A DNA stretch of 64,000 bases from the NCBI RefSeq assembly GCF_963921235.1, contig NC_086109.1, positions 7,442,001-7,506,000 of the forward strand, in the 5' to 3' direction. This document shows, piece after piece, positions 56,276 to 64,000 of the stretch. Position numbers and translations under genes: made by a program. The stretch's first letter is position 1. Each line of letters begins with the position of its first letter. A model generated the notes under the pieces. It ran no database searches, was not told the DNA's origin, and saw only the letters and a program-made list of their open reading frames with translations. Source of the stretch: Mobula hypostoma (taxonomy: Eukaryota).

Positions 56276-57556
56276 AAATACCAACCCATCACCTTCACCA
56301 TCCTATTCATTATCCACGCAGGTTCAGAATTAAATCCAGTTTATTATCACAGTCATACTGTATGAAGTGAAACCTGTTGTTTTGTCAGCACTAGTACAGT
56401 ACAAGATATTAAAAAAATTGCTATAGGTTATAAAATCCATAAATAGTGCAAAGGGCAAATAACTAGGTAGCGGCCCGTTCAGAGATGAGGTGGCGGAGGG
56501 ACAGAAGCTGTTCCTAAAACATCTTCAGGCTCCTGTATCTTCTCCCTGATAGTAGTAATGTGAAGAAGTAGGATTCCTACACTGTATTGCCTGACGATCT
56601 ATCAACTCCAAATGATTCACAGTAAATAACTAAAGCACTTTCCTGTCTTATTAGACACTAAAACGAGCTAATTTTCTAAAATAGAACTGCCCAAGAGAAT
56701 GTTATTTATCTCTTATAATGTAAGAACGAAGAGGAATGAACGCTTCTTCTCCCGATCATTTTTACACAGCCACATGACAACACGTGACAAATTCATGCAT
56801 GATCATGGGAATCTCTTATTTACCAGCTGATGCAATTTACCGTGACGGCCATGAAATGCTGCAGAATCTCAGCAGGTCAGGCAGCATCAATGAAGAGGAA
56901 TAAACAGTCCATGTTTCAGGCCGAGACCCTTCATCGAGACTTTTATTCCAGCCTGACCTGCTGAGTACCTCCAGCATACTCTGGATTTCCAGAAACTGTG
57001 GAATCACTTGTATTTATAACAGACAGCAATACCTTCTCCAGATTATAAGAAGCATAGATAATGTAGATGGAGTGTTTGTCCCCATTGGAGGTTATACAGG
57101 TAAAGTGCGAGGGAGTATGTTTTAAGGAGATGTAGAGTATGAGGCAAGGAATTTTTACACAGAGTACCTGGAATGGGTTGCCGTGGGTGACGGCTGAAGC
57201 AGACATAAAATGCCAGTGTTTAAGAGGCTGTTAGGCACATGAAACAGATCACGTACAGGCAGAAGAGATACAGTTTAGTTTGGGATCATGTTCGACATAG
57301 ACATTGTCGAGGGTCAAGGATCAAGCATCAATCTTGATTTGTCATCTAGATTTACATGTATTAGACCATAAGACATAGAAGCAGAATTAGGCCATTTGGC
57401 CCATCGAGTCTGCTCCGCCATTTCACCATGGCTGATCTATTTCCCTCTCAAGGCCAATATCCTGCCTTCCTCCCCTCATCCCTTCATGCCCTCACCAATG
57501 AAGAATATGCCAACCTCTGCCCACAGCAAATTTGCTGTGTTGTGTAGGGACGACAT

Positions 57557-57760
57557 TAGCCGGCCGGTGGTGCTGTGGCATCTGGCGTCTGGACTTCGAG
57601 GCAACTGGTCCTGGGTTCGAATCCAGCCAGCTCCTTGCACGGTTTCCATCTGTGCTGGGTTGGACATCGAGCTAGCAACTCGGCCTCGTGAAAAACAGAC
57701 AATAATGCTAAAGAAACGGCTAGATCGTCACCTGATGTGTCACGAGGTGCGGAGAAGAAA
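57557..57760 (+). mobile_element. tRNA-derived SINE, second copy
   Basis: agccggccggtggtgctgtgg...gggttcgaatccagcc...gcaactcggcctcgt; colinear with 16107-16305. Confidence 0.8.
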
Positions 57761-59056
57761 TAAAAATGTAGGCACAACGTGCATCAAAAACCAACATTCC
57801 ACAATTATAAGGAATAAAGAATTACATAAAATAATGTTAGAAGTATGGATATGGAATAAAATGCACATAAATACATAAATACCAGCATGTATTTACAATA
57901 TAAACTGCATTATAAACAGCGGTTCGGAGTGCTTACTGTAGAATGACTGAGGTAATAGATGGGTGGTGGTTGATCAGATTAACTGCCTGGGGAAAGAAAC
58001 TTCAAGATGGCACGGCCAAAGGACCTGTTCCTGTACTGTAAACTGTACTGTTCCATACATTCAAAACCTTCCTACAAATAATGTGTCATGTCCAATAAAA
58101 GATAAAAAATAACTAAAGTAATACTTGACTCCGTAATCATTGTGCTTATAGATCAGTGGGAGAAGGAGAGACCACTGCCTATCCTTGCTGACTAATTGGT
58201 TGCTGGAAATTAAATAATTCTGTTTAGCATCTGAAAAATTGCAATTTCATTGAGATTTCTCACCTGATTGCAGGGCTGAGCGTAGAAAACCATTCCGTCA
58301 GGGTTAGTTGTTGCAATTAGTACAATGAACACCCGAGACATTTAATTAACCTGCCTCTCCAGTCCACTAATCATCTCCGCAATTTTTGCATCATTCAACT
58401 TGTCATTTCTCAGTCAAACATCAATTATTCATGAGATAACCCTAATGAGATTTCACATAAACCTTTTCAGTCTCTTAATACCCAGGAAGTTCTCTGGTTA
58501 CAACCTTAAATTGGCATCGGTATCTTCAAAGTGGCACACGCCATAATTGCTTACTAATGAGATATTAGCGTATGTTATTTTAATATTTCACACAGATACA
58601 GTTTAAAGCTAAGTGACAATTTCTATAAAAATTATCATTTGATTCCTTCATTAAAGGAAATGAAAACTCTTCTTTGCAGGAACATTGTTTCATTATTCAG
58701 TTTGAAGAAACTGGCTAATAAAGGTTTTAAAGGTTAGCTTTTATTGTGGCAGTTACATCAAAGCATATGGTGAGCTGCGTCATTTTGCGTCACCATATAG
58801 ATTGTGCTGGGGGCAGCCCGCAAGTGCTGCCATGCTTCCAGTGCCAACATAGCCTGCCCACAACTCACCAACCCCATCCTCAACCGTTCGTCTTTGGAAT
58901 GTGGGAGGAAATCGGAACCACCCAGAGAAAACCCAAGCAAGTCATAGGGAGAATGTGCAAACTCCGGACTGACAAGAGTGAAAGCATCTCCAAATCTTCT
59001 TTCCTGCTACTATCCAGTTTCTCAGACAAAACTCACTCAGGTGTAATACTTTAACT

Positions 59057-62000
59057 CAGTGTTTCCCAACTTTTTTTAGCCCAACGCCCCCCTAAAGCAC
59101 CTTCATACTTGCCAACGCCCCTCTTAGGCACAACATACTTTCCAGTGCCCCCATAGTGTAAAAACATGCCCACTATATGCTAAAATGAGAAAAATGATGC
59201 TGCTTTAAATTTTTATTTGTCTTTCAAACCTAGCTTACACAGTAACTGTGCGCTGGACAGCAGCTTTGATATCAATGTGACCCTTGACCTTAATGGTTTT
59301 TTAGCAAGAGTTGAAATATCTGGTTCAAGTTGTGACAACAAAAGCCTTAAGACCCTTAGCGTAACAATGTCCAAGTGCTTTCTGTTTTTTTGTGAGTATG
59401 CGGTTCATTGCACTGAAGTCTCTTTCAACAAGGCAGGGGGATGGAAATACAATGAAGAGCAGTTTAGCTCTTTTCCAAAGACCAGGGAACTTCATAAAAC
59501 AGTGTAGCCACATACCACAAAAGCCGACTTTTTTGAAAAGTGTTTTTACTTATTCATCATTCTGAATTTCGATAATTTCTTTCTGCAAGCTCCCTTCCTG
59601 TTCTTCCACCTCACAAAATAATGGGTTAATTACCCAGTCCAGAATTTCCAGATCATTCAAATCCTTGAATTGATCCTGAAAGTCCCTCTTCAGTGACTGC
59701 AGGTATAAGCAGTACTCTTGCAAATCACCATCTGTGAAAGAGAGTGCCATACTTTCTATACATGGAAATTGTGAGAAAATTCTTCTCCCAAAGTTTTGCC
59801 TATATATTTCCAATTTTCCAGTCACTTTTTGCCTGGATTAAATTGAAATTCTCACCCTACAGTTTCATATTTAGAATGTTCATTTTGTTATACAGGTCGG
59901 CCAGGTATGCCACATCTCCACATAGAAGTTCAGTCTTGTTTCCCAAGCTCTTGTTGACTTTGAGCAAAAATTCAACCATGGTGTCATAACGATAAAAAAA
60001 ACTGTTTAAGCAGCAGCCTTTTGACATTCAACACTCTTCAGTGTGAAGAAGCAAGCATTCAAACTCTTCATCGTTATCTTGGCATAGCTAATGAAATATT
60101 CTGCTATTTAATGGATGAGCTTTAATTTTCAAGCAAGAGTCATGCTTGAAAAAAGTCGCTGGCTGAAGTTTTTGGCTGTGAGATGTTGACGATGAATTAC
60201 ACAATGGATTGCAAATGGACTTGGAATTTCTTTCAATGAGTAGCATCCTGACGTAGGTGTTTGCGTTGTCCAGGTGGTCTAAAGCCATGTGGAGAGCCAT
60301 TGAGATTGCGTCTGCCGTTGACCTATTGTGGCAATAGGCAAATTGCAATGGGTCCAGGTCCTTGCTGAGGCACAAGTTCAGTCTAGCCATGACCAACCTC
60401 TCAGAGCATTTCATCACTGTAGATGTGAGTGTTACTGGGTGATAGTCATTAATGTAACCCATATTATTCTTCTTAGGCACTGGTATAATTGTTGCCTTTT
60501 TGAAGCAAATGGGAACTTCTGCCCGTAGCAGTAAGAGATTGAAAATGTCCTTGAATACTCCTGCTAGTTGGTTGACACAGATTTTCAGAGCCTTACCAGG
60601 TACTCCATCGGGACCTTCTGCCTTGTGAGGGTTCACTCTCTTTAGAGACAGCCTAACATCAGCCTCTGAGACAGAGATCACAGGGTCATCAGGTGCAGCA
60701 GGGATTTTCACAGCTGTAGTTGTGTTCACCTTTTCAAAACATGCATAGAAGGCGTTGAGTTCATCTGGTAGTGAAGCATCACTACCATTCATACTATTGG
60801 GTTTTGCTTTGTAGGAAATAACGTCTTACAGACCTTGCCGGAGTTGCCATGCATCTGATATCACCTCCAACCTCGTTCAAAATTGTCTCTTCGCCCTTTA
60901 AATAGCCCTCCGCAAATCATACCTGGTTTTCTGGTACAAGCCTGGGTTGCCAGACTTGAAGGCCACAGATCTAGCCTTCAGCAGACAATGTACCTCCTGG
61001 TTCATCCACGGCTTTTGGTTTGGGAATGTACAGTAAGTCTTTGTGGGCACACACTCATTCACACAGGTTTTAATGAAGTTGGTAACAACTGCAGCATACT
61101 CATCCAGATTCAAAGATGAATCCCTGAATACAGTCCAGTCCACCGATTCAAAGCAGTCCTGTAGGTGCTCCTGTGCTTCCCTCGCCCAAACCTTCTTGAT
61201 CCTCACTACTGGTGCTGCAAGTCTTCAGTCTCTGCCTATACTCAGGGAGTAGAAGTACAGCCAGGTGATCAGACTTCCCGAAATGAGGGCGTGATTGATT
61301 TACCTGTTTATTTATTGTTATGTTTTATTTGATTTATTATTATTATTATTATTTTTTCTCTTTTTCTGCTAGATTATGTATTGCATTGAACTGCTGCTGC
61401 TAAGTTAACAAATTTCACGTCACATGCCGGTGATAATAAACCAGATTCTGATTCTGATTTTCCATAAATGCCACTAAACCAGCATGGCGGCCTGTCGTAT
61501 ATGGTGGTCCATCTGTTGCACAAAAAATCATGTGTCTAATTGGAATACTTTTATCCTCAATATACATTTTGTGCTCGCTGTAGATTGATTCTCTATTGAT
61601 TTTTGTTTTTAATTTTTTGCAAAAGAAAATCTCTTCATAAACTTCCTAATTTTTGATAAACCGTACATATGCCATTGGCAATGCCTCACTGTGTCACGCT
61701 GTTGACTGATCCAGTTGTATCCCTAATTCTATGTTTTGTAGCTCTGTGCATAGTTGATACTCAGTGTCTTCATTCATTTCATCAATAAGACAAGCTACAG
61801 AGTTATTACTCAGAGAAAGTGATTTTAAAATACTGGTATCCCTTTTGAGAACAGTGGTGAACACTTCTGATGCAGCAGGCATTATTAATCTTTTACTAAT
61901 TGCATGAGATTTTCCACACTTTGCTATCATTTTGGAAATGTCAGAAGCAATGAGACCACTATCAAGGTCGTTTTTAGCTTTCTTGGCAAATGACTCGAGT

Positions 62001-62112
62001 GCGCAACGCTTTTCAAATGCTTCTTTCATCTTCTCCAACTGAGTAATACCGCAAGTAGCCTTTTCAGCGTGTCTTTTACAGAAGTGTTCCTGCAGTCTTG
62101 ATGGTTTCATGT
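59057..62112 (-). mobile_element. hAT (Buster/Charlie-type, ZBED5/SCAND3-like) transposase relic with one TIR
   Basis: MKPSRLQEHF...LSLSNNSVACLIDEM...IQLDQST; CATDG; IHCVIHRQHL; LLHTE; FPSPCLVERDFS; end cagtgtttcccaac preceded by ctttaact (nnnTAnnn target). Many stops; the other end is missing. Confidence 0.88.
60232..61293 (-). mobile_element. Rex-type LINE internal fragment (end of APE to start of RT) inserted in the hAT
   Basis: FGKSDHLAV...LQDCFESVDW...FPNQKPWMN...LPDELNAFYA...FKKATIIPVPKK...LDPLQFAY...STADAIS...YVRMLLI. Confidence 0.92.
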
Positions 62113-63933
62113 CAGGCACTCGGACGTAGAAGGATTCTTCATTGCTGTTTCCATAACAGTTCTCTGTGGCCAGTCGGGGTTGTTAGCCCTGAGCTGAACC
62201 CCCAAACCTGGAGGAGCTGTGAGCCACTTTTACTCTGACATCTACCCTTTGACCCCAGTTTGGCATAGGTGACCTTACGAAGAGTCAAACCACAAGCCCC
62301 TGACTCCAGCCAGCATGGCTCTCCGGGTCACTGAGCCACACAAGCCTCCAAACCCAACAACAAGGTTGTGGTGCTCCTGGAGGAGTCTGTTCACATGTTC
62401 ACGTTTATTTAAGTTTGATTATTGACATTTAAGCATGTGACCGTTCTGCTAATTGTTGACTGGTCATGGCTATTTGCACTGATATCTTGTAAATTATTGG
62501 TTGCTATTGTGTTGTCTGTTGTGGTATTGTCTTGTGTTTTATGTTTGGCACCGAACCACAATCATTTCTGAAAAGTTTCACCTACTGGCAATGAAGAGAT
62601 TCTGGTTCTGATTCTGATCTGACAGCTGGCACACTGCAAAGCATTGTGCCAACTGCTACACTACCGTGCCACCATCACCAAGACAGCAGTTATTATCCAG
62701 TTCCATCTGCCCTCGAAAGGTGGGCTGGTGGGTCACCAAGTTGAAGCACTGTAGAGCTTCTGGTGAAGATGCTTCCGAGGTGTCGCTGGGGAAGGAAATC
62801 CTGGATTTTGACCCTTACTTTCCTCTCCTATCAGATGCCACTATCTCCAGCCCTTTGTCAACTTCACCCATCACCTCCCAGTGTCTGTCACTATTCTCAC
62901 TCCCGCCCCCCTCGCCTGGATCCACCCATCACCTCCCACCTGTCACTATTCCTGCTCTCCCCTCCTCCATCTATCACCTCCCATCACCTGGGTCTACTAT
63001 CACCTGACAGTTCTTGCCCCAGCCTCTCCCATCATCTCTTTGTCCTGGCTATCTCCCTCTATCTGATTGAAGGGTTGGCTGGGGAAAGGGTGATTAACTC
63101 TCTGTACCTGGCGGGGGATGCAGTGCTGTTGACATCTCAAGGAATCTATCCTGGACCAGTATATTGATGAAATTATGAAGAAGGCATGGTGGGGGCTGTT
63201 CTTCATGTGGAGCTTCAGGAAGTTTGGTGTGTCCCAAAGATACTTCCAAATTCCTGTGGAGAGCATCCTGATTGGTTCCATTACTGTCCGGCACAGACAT
63301 GCCAATAGACAGGATCGGAAAGAGCCACAGAGAGCCGTGGATACAGCCAGCTACGTCACGGGTACTAGACCCCCACTATCAAGGACCTCTGCAAAAAATT
63401 TTGCCTCAAGAAGGAGGCATCAATCATCAAGGCCCACCACCATACAGTTGTGCCTTCTTCTCACAACGAGCATCAAAGTTCAAAGTAAAATTATTATCGA
63501 AGCACATATATGTCATGACATGCTGCCATGAGATTCATTTTCTTGTGGGCATTCACAGGAATTAGTGCAAAAAATCAATGAAAGACTGCACCCAACAGGA
63601 TGGAAACAACCAGTGTGCAAAAGACAACAAATTTTGTAAATACAGAAATAAAATAACAGTTAGAGTAATATGACAGTGATAATAAACCAGATTCTGATCC
63701 TCTCTCTCAGTCCAGGTGAAGGAGGCAACAACAGTCCGTTTCCTCCCACTGTCGCTGCTGAGCTCCTCCAGCAACTCTTTTGTTGACCCAGGTTCAGTCC
63801 TGACTTCTGATGCGGTTTGTGTGGAGTTTCCACATTGTCCAAGTTAATAATTGCCCACGGTAAGTTGCCCTTGTTGTGTGTAGGTGAGGGGCATATTGTG
63901 TGGAGAGGTGACAGTGGGACAGGTGTGAACCTA

Positions 63934-64000
63934 CACCCAGAGGCCACTTTATTAGGTACACCCGTACTCCTGCTCGTTAATATAAATATCTAATCGGCCA
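63934..64000 (+). mobile_element. Left end (TIR) of a Tc1-like element, cut by the window edge
   Basis: TA|cacccagaggccactttattaggtacacc; same family as 13055-13560. Confidence 0.7.

Noticed and set aside
59057..62112. Domesticated ZBED/SCAND3-like host gene
   Set aside because: Multiple stops and frameshifts, a LINE insertion and a retained TIR indicate a dead transposon.

Overview
Eukaryotic non-coding DNA that is mostly transposable-element (TE) derived. The repeat repertoire points to a cartilaginous fish, probably a ray (inference): CR1 LINEs, Rex/Babar-type LINEs, HE1-like V-SINEs, Penelope-like elements, RTE LINEs, Tc1, a Buster-type hAT and a Gypsy relic. I could not recognise any host protein-coding exon, rRNA or true tRNA, so the window looks intronic or intergenic. 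Main landmarks: a nearly intact full-length CR1 (~30.8-34.95 kb); a CR1>RTE>Penelope triple nest with visible target-site duplications (TSDs; 25.1-29.5 kb); a deleted Gypsy element with both LTRs; Tc1 and hAT transposase relics; five minisatellites, three of them expanded from TE sequence; and several repeat-free, enhancer-like islands. Strongest leads: (1) a U_UUA_AAC slippery heptamer abutting the CR1 ORF1 stop, with ORF2 in the -1 frame and no AUG before its endonuclease domain, a candidate programmed -1 frameshift; (2) about a dozen minimal hammerhead ribozyme motifs in Penelope-derived repeats, two with intact cores, including short fold-back elements centred on the ribozyme; (3) a CpG-rich, strongly self-complementary insert with a partial HDV-like ribozyme topology. 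All calls were made by eye. Boundaries are approximate unless a TSD or motif position is given, and family names need confirming against a repeat library.
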